A program made the translations under genes and the position numbers. The notes beneath the pieces were generated by a model. That model did not search any database. It was not told the DNA's origin and was given only the letters and a program-made list of their open reading frames with translations. A stretch of 35,261 nt of DNA from positions 1 to 35,261 of the forward strand of contig JBBRSP010000043.1 of assembly GCA_038245295.1 (NCBI GenBank), written 5' to 3'. The DNA comes from Candidatus Binatia bacterium. GTDB taxonomy: Bacteria > Desulfobacterota > Binatia > HRBIN30. Positions 26,945 through 35,261 of this stretch are shown in pieces. Numbering within the stretch: position 1 is the stretch's first letter; each line of letters opens with the position of its first letter.

Positions 26945-28324
26945 TCATAGAGCGCGCGGCTGCATCAGCATCGGCTGCTGCGGTCGCAGGGTGATACGGA
27001 TCTCGTGTTTGACGACGTGCCCGGGCACGTCGTCGACACGGTAGCGACGCATCAGCATCGCCAGGATGAGCTGTGCTTCCAGCAGCGCAAAGTCGTTGCC
27101 GATGCACAGGCGCGGGCCGCCGCTGAAGGGGAAGTAGGCGAAACGTGGACGCGCGGCGCACCGCTCGGGAGTGAAGCGCTCGGGATCGAAGCGTTCCGGA
27201 TCGGGCCAGAACTTGGGATGACGGTGCGTCACGTAGGGGCTCATCATGACGCCGCTCTTCGCCGGGATTTCGTAGCCGCCGATGTTGTCGGCGGCGTAGG
27301 TTTCGCGGCTGATGGCGGCGACCGGCGGATAGAGGCGCAGGGTTTCGTCGATCACGCGGCGTGTCAGCGGCAAGCGCGCCAGGTCTTCGAGTGTCGGCAC
27401 CGCTCCTGTGTACCCGGCTTGGACCTCCTGGCGGAGCTGGGTTGCCACGTCGGGATTCTGCGACAGCAGCAAGCAAGCCCAGGCCAGAGTGACTGCGGTT
27501 GTCTCGTGGCCGGCGAGGATGAAGGTCATGACTTCATCGCGCAGCTGGCGATCACTCATGCGCTCGCCGGTCTCGGCGTCGGATGCCTGCATCATCATGC
27601 CCAGCAGATCATCGATGTCGGGACCAGGGCGCCGTCGTTGTTCGATGATGCCGAGAACCACGCGATCGAGCTCGGCGCGGGCGCGCTTGAAGCGCTGGTT
27701 GCGTGGCGTCGGCACCTGGAGTGGGATCGAGAAGAGATGAAACACCTCGTCGGAAATGAACTGTAACGCCGCAAGCATGGCGCGTCCCACCGGTGCCGCC
27801 TCGCCGATCAGATCGATGCCAAAGAGCGCCTGGCCAACGATGCGCAGCGTGACGCGCGACATATGCTCCATCAGATCGATGGGTGCGCCGCGGCGCGCCG
27901 GCTCTTCCCACTCGTCGAGCATCTGCGTCGCGGCATTGGTGATGATCGTCGTGAAGCCGTCGATGCGTTGCCTGTGAAAGGCCGGTTGCGCCAAGCGCCG
28001 TTGGCGACGCCAGAAGTCGCCTTCGCTGGTGAAGAGGCCCTCGCCGATGAGCGGCTTCACGCGTCCGATCAGATCACCCTTCCAATAGTTACGGTTGTTT
28101 TCCTGCAGGACGTACTTGATGTCGTCGGGGTGGAAAAGGAAGTGGGCGGTGAAAGGCCAGGCGTCGAAACGGACGACATCGCCGAACTCACGCGCCGCCT
28201 GCGACAACATAGCGAGCGGGTCGCGACGGCCCTCGATGAAGAAGTGGAACGGCGTCGGGTAACGCTTGCCGGGAGCGCGCCGCGCCCCCGTGGTCTGGTC
28301 GGCTGCCGACGCTGGCTGCTGCAT
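26945..28324 (-). CDS. Cytochrome P450
   Basis: AGHETT I-helix, ETLR, FDPERF and heme ligand motif FSGGPRLCIG. Confidence 0.95.
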   Translation of the reverse strand: MQQPASAADQTTGARRAPGKRYPTPFHFFIEGRRDPLAMLSQAAREFGDVVRFDAWPFTAHFLFHPDDIKYVLQENNRNYWKGDLIGRVKPLIGEGLFTSEGDFWRRQRRLAQPAFHRQRIDGFTTIITNAATQMLDEWEEPARRGAPIDLMEHMSRVTLRIVGQALFGIDLIGEAAPVGRAMLAALQFISDEVFHLFSIPLQVPTPRNQRFKRARAELDRVVLGIIEQRRRPGPDIDDLLGMMMQASDAETGERMSDRQLRDEVMTFILAGHETTAVTLAWACLLLSQNPDVATQLRQEVQAGYTGAVPTLEDLARLPLTRRVIDETLRLYPPVAAISRETYAADNIGGYEIPAKSGVMMSPYVTHRHPKFWPDPERFDPERFTPERCAARPRFAYFPFSGGPRLCIGNDFALLEAQLILAMLMRRYRVDDVPGHVVKHEIRITLRPQQPMLMQPRAL

Positions 28325-28372
28325 GGAGTGCCCTTACCATGTTCGCCACGAAAAGAAGCCGGCACCCAGCAT

Positions 28373-28509
28373 CCCTCTCCCAGCTCGGATGGACTGTAAA
28401 CATCTGGGATAGGGTTAGGGTGAGGGTTGGCTGCGGTCATCGGCATCTGATCGGGCCCTCACCCCGACCCTCTCCCGCCGCATGGGTGTCAGCCCGATGC
28501 GGGAGAGGG
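28373..28509. repeat. CCCTCACCC..CCCTCTCCC-type palindromic repeat doublet
   Basis: CCCTCTCCCAG...CTGGGATAGGGTTAGGGTGAGGG (28373-28426) is inverted to CCCTCACCCCGACCCTCTCCCGC...GCGGGAGAGGG (28456-28509). Confidence 0.75.
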
Positions 28510-28557
28510 GGCGCTGATGACAGGCAGGTCATGGCAGGTCGCCGCGGACAGTCGGGC

Positions 28558-28875
28558 TCAACGCAGCACCTTGAGCCAGACCCGCACGCTGCCGTCCGCT
28601 CCGGTTGAATCCGGCGGGCGTTCGTAGCGCTCGACGTAGGGCGCCCCTTCGCGATCGAGCCAGCGCGGCACCACTTCACGCAATACACCTCGCCCCGATC
28701 GACTGTGGATGCCCTTGCCATAGACGATGCGCACCTGACGCGATCCGTCTGCGTGTGCCTCACGGATGAATTGCGCCGTGGCTACCAACGCGTCCTGGAC
28801 ACCAAAGCCGTGGAGGTCGAGAGTTGGGACGACACCGAACAGCTCGCGCAGCGCCTGGCGCAGCGACCAGCTCAT
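28558..28875 (-). CDS. Smr/MutS2 domain protein
   Basis: LDLHG, VRIVYGKGIHS and GVLREVVPRWL motifs. Confidence 0.88.
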   Translation of the reverse strand: MSWSLRQALRELFGVVPTLDLHGFGVQDALVATAQFIREAHADGSRQVRIVYGKGIHSRSGRGVLREVVPRWLDREGAPYVERYERPPDSTGADGSVRVWLKVLR

Positions 28876-28885
28876 GACCGGTGGG

Positions 28886-29311
28886 TCACTTGATGGCGGC
28901 TTCGACGTGGTAGCTGACGACGTCGCTGCGACGTTTGAGGCGTGAGGTAAAGGTCGCCGTCTCGTGCGCTTGGATCACCTGCGTCGACACGATGCCGTCG
29001 GCGGTCTCGATGACCTTCTCGTCCATGTCGTGCCCTTCGACCTGCAGGACAATCGATGTGGTCGGACCGTTCCCGTCATTGGTCAGCAGACCTGTGACGA
29101 TGAACTCTGTCTTGTCGTCGGTGAGGGCATCTTTGATGTCGGTGATGCGCACCTGCGGCTTCTCGACCACCGGCATATTTTCTTCGAGGAGAACCTGCGG
29201 CGTCGGTGGCGGCGGCGGTGCCGGCAACTCAGCAGGCTCGCGCGCCACGCAGCCGACAAGCACCTGCGCCGCTAGGAGCAGGGCGAGAATGGAAACGCAG
29301 AGCCGATGCAT
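28886..29311 (-). CDS. Putative lipoprotein (FxLYD-like domain)
   Basis: Signal peptide with lipobox LVGC, poly-Pro linker and IVTGLLTNDG beta domain. Start at MHRL (29311). Confidence 0.65.
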   Translation of the reverse strand: MHRLCVSILALLLAAQVLVGCVAREPAELPAPPPPPTPQVLLEENMPVVEKPQVRITDIKDALTDDKTEFIVTGLLTNDGNGPTTSIVLQVEGHDMDEKVIETADGIVSTQVIQAHETATFTSRLKRRSDVVSYHVEAAIK

Positions 29312-29382
29312 TGAGCGGTGGATGCTAGCAACGGCATCAGCGGACCGCGAGGGCGCGGCGGCTCCGAATCGCGTGGGCTCGG

Positions 29383-29417
29383 CCGCACCCCGCACCCTGT
29401 ACCCCGCACCCTGTACT
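29383..29417. repeat. Heptamer tandem repeat C(C/T)G(C/T)ACC x5
   Basis: CCGCACC CCGCACC CTGTACC CCGCACC CTGTACT. Confidence 0.7.
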
Positions 29418-29435
29418 CGCGGCATAACCACCGGG

Positions 29436-29729
29436 CTACTTGGTGCGCCGTCTGACGAAGATCCGTTCGACGTCGACTTTGCCGTAGCCGAGTTTGGTCA
29501 TGCTGCGCTGCAGCCCGCCCAGCTCGCCCTCGACGCGTGCCACCTGAGCCGGCGTGAGTCGCTTGCTCCAGCGCAGGCGGATTTCGGCGACGGTTGTGCC
29601 CTGCAATTCCGGCATCCGCCAATCACGCTTGCCCTTCGCCGTGTTGGTTGTCGCCGGGCGCGGCGGTGGCGACCCGTCGCCGAACAAGGATCCCTGGTTG
29701 TCGTCATCGTCGCCTTTGCGCTTCGCCAT
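29436..29729 (-). CDS. Hypothetical protein (97 aa)
   Basis: MAKRKGDDDDNQGSLFG... begins just after the HAD gene stop with a GGAAGA RBS-like sequence and fills the gap. Confidence 0.6.
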   Translation of the reverse strand: MAKRKGDDDDNQGSLFGDGSPPPRPATTNTAKGKRDWRMPELQGTTVAEIRLRWSKRLTPAQVARVEGELGGLQRSMTKLGYGKVDVERIFVRRRTK

Positions 29730-29740
29730 CGTTCTTCCAG

Positions 29741-30400
29741 CTACGACGAAAGTGGCAAGCGGAACAACTCTTCGAGGCAAGCCAGGGTCAGTTCGTCGAG
29801 ACTGTTGAGTCGCATGTGCGACGCTGAGAAGTCGTTGCGACGCGTGTAGTCGTTCGGTACGGCGACGACGCGGCAGCCGGCGCGGCGGGCGGCGACGATT
29901 CCTTTGTAGGCGTCTTCGATGACGACGCAGTCGGCCGGGGCAAAGCCCAGGCTGGCGGCGGCGGCTTCGAAGGCGTCGGGTGCCGGCTTCGCGTGGCGAT
30001 AGTTTTCGCGTGTGACGATGGCCTGAAAGTAGTCGGCGAGGTGCAGGCGTTGCATGACGAAGTCGACATCGGCGCGCGTCGAGTTGGTCGCCACGGCAAG
30101 CGGGAAATGCGGCGCCAAACGCTCGAGAGCCGCGACGGCGCCTGGCATGGGCTGGAGCTCGGTGGCGACGATCTGGTGATAGACGGCGCTCTTTACGGCA
30201 CGCAGCTCGGCGGCGCTGATCGGGAGCTGATACCGCTCGACCGCGTACTCGGCGCCGCGGCCGGCACCGGTCCATTGCATACCGAACTCGTCAAAGGTGA
30301 TGCGGGCGCCGAAGCGCGCCAGGACCTGGCCGTAGGCTTTGTGCTGCAATCTCTCGGAGTCGATGAGCACTCCGTCGAGATCGAAAAGGATGGCGGGCAT
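29741..30400 (-). CDS. HAD family phosphatase (beta-PGM/CbbY-like)
   Basis: FDLDGVLIDSE, ATNS, KPAPD and VIEDAYKGIVAA motifs. Confidence 0.92.
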   Translation of the reverse strand: MPAILFDLDGVLIDSERLQHKAYGQVLARFGARITFDEFGMQWTGAGRGAEYAVERYQLPISAAELRAVKSAVYHQIVATELQPMPGAVAALERLAPHFPLAVATNSTRADVDFVMQRLHLADYFQAIVTRENYRHAKPAPDAFEAAAASLGFAPADCVVIEDAYKGIVAARRAGCRVVAVPNDYTRRNDFSASHMRLNSLDELTLACLEELFRLPLSS

Positions 30401-30406
30401 GAGATG

Positions 30407-30438
30407 TCCTGGGGCCGCCGTTCACGGCGGCCCCAGGA
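30407..30438 (-). terminator. Strong GC hairpin between the cyclophilin and HAD genes (terminator or mRNA stabiliser)
   Basis: TCCTGGGGCCGCCG-TTCA-CGGCGGCCCCAGGA forms a perfect stem, with no U-tract. Confidence 0.5.
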
Positions 30439-30457
30439 GTCAATCGAGTGTTGGCAG

Positions 30458-31027
30458 TTATTTCACGACGCGGATCGACTTGATCAGGATGACATCCTTG
30501 GGCACCGACTCCGAGACGGAGCCCGGCGAAGCCGGCGCGCTGACGATTTTGGTGACGACGTCCATGCCTTCGACAACTTTACCAAACACCGTGTAGCCGA
30601 AGCCCTGTGGTGTTTCGTCGCGGTGGTTGAGGAAGTCGTTGTTCTTCACGTTGATGAAGAACTGCGCGGTGGCGCTGTCGACCACCCCGGTGCGGGCCAT
30701 GGCGACGGTGCCGGTATCGTTCTTGAGGCCGTTGCCGGCTTCGTTCTTGATCGGATCCTTGGCGGGCTTTTGCTTGTAGTCCTTATCGAAGCCGCCGCCC
30801 TGGATCATGAAGTTCGGGATGATGCGGTGAAAGACCGTCTCGTCGTAGAACTTGCTGTCGACGTACGCCAGGAAGTTCTTGACGGTGATCGGAGCCTTTT
30901 CCTGGTTGAGCTCGATCTTGATGTCGCCGAGCGACGTGGACATCACAACCATAGGGTTCTTTCCTCCTGCATGCGCGGTGTTCACCGCCAGCGCTAACCC
31001 GAAAATTAAGGCCGCAATTGTTCGCAT
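30458..31027 (-). CDS. ppiA: Cyclophilin-type peptidyl-prolyl cis-trans isomerase with signal peptide
   Basis: APITVKNF, FHRIIPNFMIQGGG, GTVAMART, SATAQFFIN and GYTVFGKV motifs. AGGAG RBS. Confidence 0.9.
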   Translation of the reverse strand: MRTIAALIFGLALAVNTAHAGGKNPMVVMSTSLGDIKIELNQEKAPITVKNFLAYVDSKFYDETVFHRIIPNFMIQGGGFDKDYKQKPAKDPIKNEAGNGLKNDTGTVAMARTGVVDSATAQFFINVKNNDFLNHRDETPQGFGYTVFGKVVEGMDVVTKIVSAPASPGSVSESVPKDVILIKSIRVVK

Positions 31028-31187
31028 AAGTGGTCTCCTTCAGCCTCGCGAGTTTGGCCGCCGTCATAGCAACACCACTTGGCGGAATGCCAGCCATCCC
31101 CCGCCCCGCCCGTGCCCCCGCCCCTGCCCGAACGCGGGCGGGGGCACGGGCAGGGGCTCGGGCGAGGGAGCGACGCATGGCGCGTGC

Positions 31188-31223
31188 TTGCCAGGTTCAA
31201 TGGACGGCAGTAGTTTGCCGATC
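31188..31223 (+). promoter_or_regulatory. Leaderless-type sigma70 promoter of Uma2 copy 1
   Basis: TTGCCA-N17-TAGTTT-N7-ATG, conserved at 34917-34952. Confidence 0.6.
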
Positions 31224-31994
31224 ATGCGCAGCCCGGCCACACGCCGTCCACCGCCCGACCCGACGATCTATCCGGAGGAGGAGCGCGAGGGCGAATGCGG
31301 CGTCGATCGAGGACAGGGAATCCTCCAGACGTGGATCATGGAGCTGCTGCGGCCATTGTTGGAGCGGTGGCTCAATAGTCGGCGCAGCCAGGCGTTCGTG
31401 GGTGCGGAGCAGTTCATCTATTGGCGTCAATACGATTCTCATGCGCGCGTCGCGCCGGACATTTACGTAATCCCCGGCCTCGATCCGCACACGCGGGTGC
31501 GGACCTGGAAGCTCTGGGTGGACCAAATCGTGCCGAGCTTTGCCTTGGAGATCGTCTCGCAAGACTGGGAGAAGGACTACTGCGAGGCGCCGAAGCGTTA
31601 CGACGAGCTGGGCGTGCCTGAGTTGATGATCTTCGACCCGTCCTACAAAGAGCATGATCACGGCGCGCGCTGGCAGGTGTTCCGCCGCATCGGCCGACGC
31701 GGCTTGGTGCGAGTCGAAGCGACGCAGGGCGATCGCGTGCGCTCCAAGGCTCTCGGTTGCTGGCTGCGCAGTATCGGTGACGGGCGTGACACGCGGCTGC
31801 GGATCGGCATCGGATCCGGCGGCGAGGACCTCGTACCAACCGCGGAGGAGGAAGAGCGCGCCGCCAAAGAAGCCGAGCGCGGCGCGAAGGAACAGGAGCG
31901 TGCCGCCAAGGAGGCGGCCTTGGAGAGAGTCAGTAGTCTCGAAACGGAGCTGAAGGCGCTCCGGCGGCCCGCAGGGAAGCGCCGTCCGCGGTGA
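31224..31994 (+). CDS. Uma2 (DUF820) family PD-(D/E)xK endonuclease
   Basis: FVGAEQFIYW, VAPDIYV, PSFALEIVS, YDELGVPELMIFDP and a C-terminal ERAAKE coiled-coil repeat. Start inferred from the paralog at 34953. Confidence 0.88.
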   Translation: MRSPATRRPPPDPTIYPEEEREGECGVDRGQGILQTWIMELLRPLLERWLNSRRSQAFVGAEQFIYWRQYDSHARVAPDIYVIPGLDPHTRVRTWKLWVDQIVPSFALEIVSQDWEKDYCEAPKRYDELGVPELMIFDPSYKEHDHGARWQVFRRIGRRGLVRVEATQGDRVRSKALGCWLRSIGDGRDTRLRIGIGSGGEDLVPTAEEEERAAKEAERGAKEQERAAKEAALERVSSLETELKALRRPAGKRRPR

Positions 31995-32008
31995 CTCGGT
32001 CCGCTGCT

Positions 32009-32383
32009 ATGGAGAAAGACATCGCCATCCGCCGCGCCCTGTGGTGCAGTGTCGCTTTCAATCTGATGGGCGCGTTGATGTTTCTCTTCCCCGAAGGGCC
32101 GCTCGGCCGACTCGTCGGTATGCCGGTACCCGTACCGCCCCTGTACAACTCGACCGTCGCCCTATTCATCGTCCTGTTCGGTGTCGCCTACGCGTGGTTG
32201 GCGCGCTCGCCGGTAATCGACCGCGCCTCGGTTGCCTTCGGTGCGATCGGCAAGGCGAGCTTTTTCTTTCTCGTATTGTCCTTCTGGATCTCCGGTGCGG
32301 CGCCGGGACTCATGGTGCTGGCCGCGAGTGGGGATCTAATGTTCGCTGCCTTCTTCGCGCGCTGGCTGCTCTTTAAAGAGTGA
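32009..32383 (+). CDS. Small hypothetical membrane protein (about 4 TM)
   Basis: 124 aa with four hydrophobic segments. Confidence 0.7.
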   Translation: MEKDIAIRRALWCSVAFNLMGALMFLFPEGPLGRLVGMPVPVPPLYNSTVALFIVLFGVAYAWLARSPVIDRASVAFGAIGKASFFFLVLSFWISGAAPGLMVLAASGDLMFAAFFARWLLFKE

Positions 32384-32495
32384 AGGGTGAAAGTTGCGCC
32401 TGACGCTCGACCCCGACGCCCTACCCACAGGCAGCACCCGGCATAGATGCGGCGCAGTCATTGCTCTCTCCCTCGCCTCCTCGTACGCTGCACCC

Positions 32496-32894
32496 ATGGG
32501 CAGAATCATTGCACCACTGACGATCACCAACGCGCTCGATCCTAGCAAGTCGATGCGCTTCTCGGCTCTCGTGGACACCGGCGCGGCGGAGTTGGTGTTG
32601 CCGGCGGCTTGGCGCGATCGATTGGGACCGATGGTGACTCGCCGTCGCGTCGATGTGCAAACCGCCGATCAGCGCGTCATGTCGGCTGAGGTCTGCGGCC
32701 CGGTGATCATTCACATTGATGGCTTCGACGTTGTCTCCGGAGAGGTCATGTTTCTCGAGATGGAGTCCGACGGCGATTCTTACGAGCCCCTGCTCGGCTA
32801 CATTGTGCTCGAGCAATCACGCGCCGCCGTCGATCTGGAACGGCACCGCCTCGTGCCCGTGCGCGCGCTGGATCTCAAGATGGTCGCGGCCTAG
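32496..32894 (+). CDS. Clan AA (retropepsin-like) aspartyl protease
   Basis: MGRII...ALVDTGAAELVLP...TADQ...EPLLGYIVLEQSRAAVD, preceded by TTGCTC-N17-TACGCT-N6-ATG. Confidence 0.85.
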   Translation: MGRIIAPLTITNALDPSKSMRFSALVDTGAAELVLPAAWRDRLGPMVTRRRVDVQTADQRVMSAEVCGPVIIHIDGFDVVSGEVMFLEMESDGDSYEPLLGYIVLEQSRAAVDLERHRLVPVRALDLKMVAA

Positions 32895-32966
32895 TAGAGT
32901 GCAGCCAGGCACATCTCCGCCTCGCGAGCTTGCCTGAGAAAGGTCGGGCGGGGTAGGTTCCCTACT

Positions 32967-33230
32967 ATGTCGAACCTCCGTGAAATCGAGGCGGGGGTTC
33001 GCCGTCTGTCACCCGATGAAATTGCTGAGTTCTCGGTTTGGTTCGATCGGCTGCGGGCCCATGTCGCGGAGCCGATCGCTGCAGGAGGGTTGGGTGGACG
33101 ACTGCGATCGATGACGCGGGCCGAGCGGCGAGCTCTGGCGGCGTGCGCTACCGAGCTGTCCGCTGAGTGGTATGAACGTCAACCCGACGAGGTTCTCCCC
33201 GACCTATTTGATGAGCCGAGTCGAGACCAG
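32967..33230 (+). CDS. Small antitoxin-like protein, 3' end probably disrupted (ORF reads through to 33674 antisense to the sulfatase)
   Basis: MSNLREIEAGVRRLSPDEIAEFSVWF resembles addiction-module antidote N-termini. Promoter TTGCCT-N18-TAGGTT-N7-ATG. Confidence 0.5.
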
Positions 33231-33233
33231 AGA

Positions 33234-34350
33234 TTACGGGTTCGATGCCGGTTGCGGGCGCGCTTCCTCGGGGTCATTGGCCAGGTCGAAAGTGTACCGC
33301 TCGCTGCCGCGATGGACGATCTTCCTGTCCTGATGAACGGTGGCGACGAGGTTGTTGCGGTACTGCGGCAACATGTCCGTCAGATGTGGGTAGTAGAAGT
33401 GTTCGGCGATAGCGCTGCTGTGTCGCGCCCGGTAGCCGGCATCCAGGATCGTATGGTCAGTCTTGCCGTCCAGCGCCACCCGACGGACCAGCTCAAAGAG
33501 ATCGCGCAGCGATACGACGTCGTCGACGACGCCCGCCGACACGTTCGGGTGATGCACCCACAGCGGCACATGGATGTGTGTTTCGTAAACCGAGGCGTCG
33601 TGCAGGTAGAGGCCGTGCTCGCCAAATCCTTCCCCGTGATCACTGGCGACGACGAGAAGGGTGTCGTCGAGTAGACCCGAGTCGCGTGCCTGGGTGAGGA
33701 AGCGGCTGAGCTTGGCGTCGACCAGGCGTGTCGCGTCCGCGTAGCGGTGCTTGAGCATGTTCTGTCGCGACGTGGAGAGCTGAAAGCCGGGGCGCAGGTA
33801 GGCGTGCGAGCCGATGCGCGGCAACACGAAGGGAAACAGGGCGTTCTCGTAGAGGTGATACCATGGCCGCAGGACCGAGTGTCCCGACGGCGGGTATGGC
33901 CAGTGGACATCGTAGAGGTTGGCAAACAGGAAAAACCGCTTGTTCTGTCGGGCGAGATCGCGGCTACGCTGCAAGACGTAGTCGAGGGCCAGGTCATCCG
34001 CCGGCATCAGGGCGCGCGAGTACTCCTGGAGAAACCGCCGGTTGTGGTGCTGCAGCGGATGGAAGAACCCCGTGCTTTGCAGCAGGCGACGCGAGCGTGG
34101 TTTGTGCAGCGCCAGGATGAGCGCCATCGGGTGGAATGCGCCCATCTTGGAGAGTGGGCGGGTGTTGTGTGTGAAGCCGCGGGTAATGCCTTCGATGGTG
34201 CCGTCGAATACAAAGTTGCGTGTCACCACTTCGGTATGGAAGTTGGCGTCGCGCAGAAGCTCGGCGATGGTCGGTGCGGCGCCGCGATATCCCATCGTCT
34301 GAAAGTACGCCTGATGTTGCGACGGTAACAAGCCGGTGAACAGCTGAGCA
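33234..34350 (-). pseudogene. 5'-truncated sulfatase-like hydrolase
   Basis: LFTGLLPSQH, FLFANLYDVHWPY, VASDHGEGFGEHG, HVPLWV and FDLANDPEE are present. The N-terminal metal-binding Asp strand and the catalytic Cys/Ser motif are absent. Confidence 0.7.
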
Positions 34351-34522
34351 ATCCGGGACGGAGTACCTATTCGAACAATTCTCGGGGGCGTGCACCGGGT
34401 GTTGAGTCTGCGCTGCTTTGTTGACGCCACGACATCGCCGCTCGCGGCCTGACCAGGGGTTTATCGGTCGGAGCCCCTTGGACGCGAGCATTCCGGGCAA
34501 GTCACTGCCCGGAGGCGCCCTC

Positions 34523-34648
34523 GGTGAAGAGAAACCATAGATATTCCGCGGGTTCCTTCCTCCAAATGCCAAAAAACGTTGAGTTTGGGTGGCTAGGTAC
34601 ACCTACCCCTGGTCGCGAGCGTCGATTATGGGGCTCCTGGCGCGTCGT
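34523..34648. repeat. Conserved non-coding motif, copy B
   Basis: CCAAAAAACGTTGAGTTT (34569-34586), GGGGCTCCTGG (34630-34640) and GCGCGTCGT, as in copy A. Confidence 0.6.
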
Positions 34649-34952
34649 GCCGGCGCCCTCTGGGATTGCGAAATGCCATCTTCGGGGTCGCGCCACTCCA
34701 GTGCGAGTCCGGGACGCCTCCGCGATTCGGGCGATCATAGTGACGAAAGCCCCTGAACGTCGGGCGCCCCGCCGCCCTGGCCCGAACGCGGGCGAGGGCA
34801 GGGGGTCGGGCGAGGGAGATACGCATGGATGCAGCGCAGTCATTGCGTCTGCGGCGGCGGCGCGGAATCTGTCGTGGATGTCGCGCGGTGCTCGCTTGTA
34901 TTCCCGTGGTGCGTGCTTGCCAGGCTCAAACGACGGCAGTAGTTTGCCGGCG

Positions 34953-35261
34953 ATGAGCAGCAGTGCCACACGCCGTCCACCGCCCGATCCGACGATTTAT
35001 CCGCAGGAGGAGCGCGTGGGCGAGGACATGCTTCAACGCTGGATCATGGAGCTGCTGCGACCGCTACTGCAGAAGTGGTTGTTCAGTCGCAAGATCAAAG
35101 CCTTCGTCGGCGCTGATCAGTTCATTTATTGGCGCCAGTATGACGCGCATGCCCGGGTCGTGCCGGATATCTACGTCCTGCCGGGCATCGATCCGACCAC
35201 CTATGTGCGCACCTGGAAGCTGTGGCTTGATCGCGTCGTGCCGAGCTTTGCCATGGAGATC
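34953..35261 (+). CDS. Uma2 family endonuclease, paralog of 31224-31994 (runs off the window end)
   Basis: MSSSATRRPPPDPTIYPQEERVGEDMLQRWIMELLRPLL...VVPDIYVLPG...PSFAMEI, read manually and open to the end of the window. Confidence 0.88.
   Translation, partial: MSSSATRRPPPDPTIYPQEERVGEDMLQRWIMELLRPLLQKWLFSRKIKAFVGADQFIYWRQYDAHARVVPDIYVLPGIDPTTYVRTWKLWLDRVVPSFAMEI

Noticed and set aside
30852..31223. N-terminal extension of the Uma2 ORF
   Set aside because: It overlaps the cyclophilin gene antisense and the GC hairpin. The paralog and promoter place the start at 31224.
31098..35261. Integron cassette array
   Set aside because: No integrase, and no attC sites with RYYYAAC/GTTRRRY ends could be identified between the genes.

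Overview
High-GC bacterial chromosomal segment. Gene content and protein style suggest Candidatus Binatia or a related former 'Deltaproteobacteria' lineage (inference only). About 30 intact CDSs: a large secreted hydrazine-synthase-alpha-like c-type heme protein; a GT9 to TPR/GT-C glycosylation unit; hydrolase, acyl-CoA dehydrogenase, apaG and M14 peptidase genes; an autoregulated TetR-HlyD-ABC efflux operon followed by DUF1214/DUF1254 genes; an O-antigen-ligase-like gene among polysaccharide gene fragments; MhpA-like monooxygenase, FAH, P450 and cyclophilin genes; and an accessory right end with two Uma2 nucleases, a clan AA protease, an antitoxin-like gene and a truncated sulfatase. The most unusual signal is non-coding. 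Several palindromic REP-like families are packaged as inverted doublets inside short terminal-inverted-repeat (MITE-like) elements. At least one of these inserts into the 4-nt loop of the same REP it carries, with a GAAA target duplication, and so builds nested arrays. One cargo REP family also flanks a small GIY-YIG nuclease gene in a REPtron-like layout. No rRNA, tRNA, CRISPR array or transposase gene was found.
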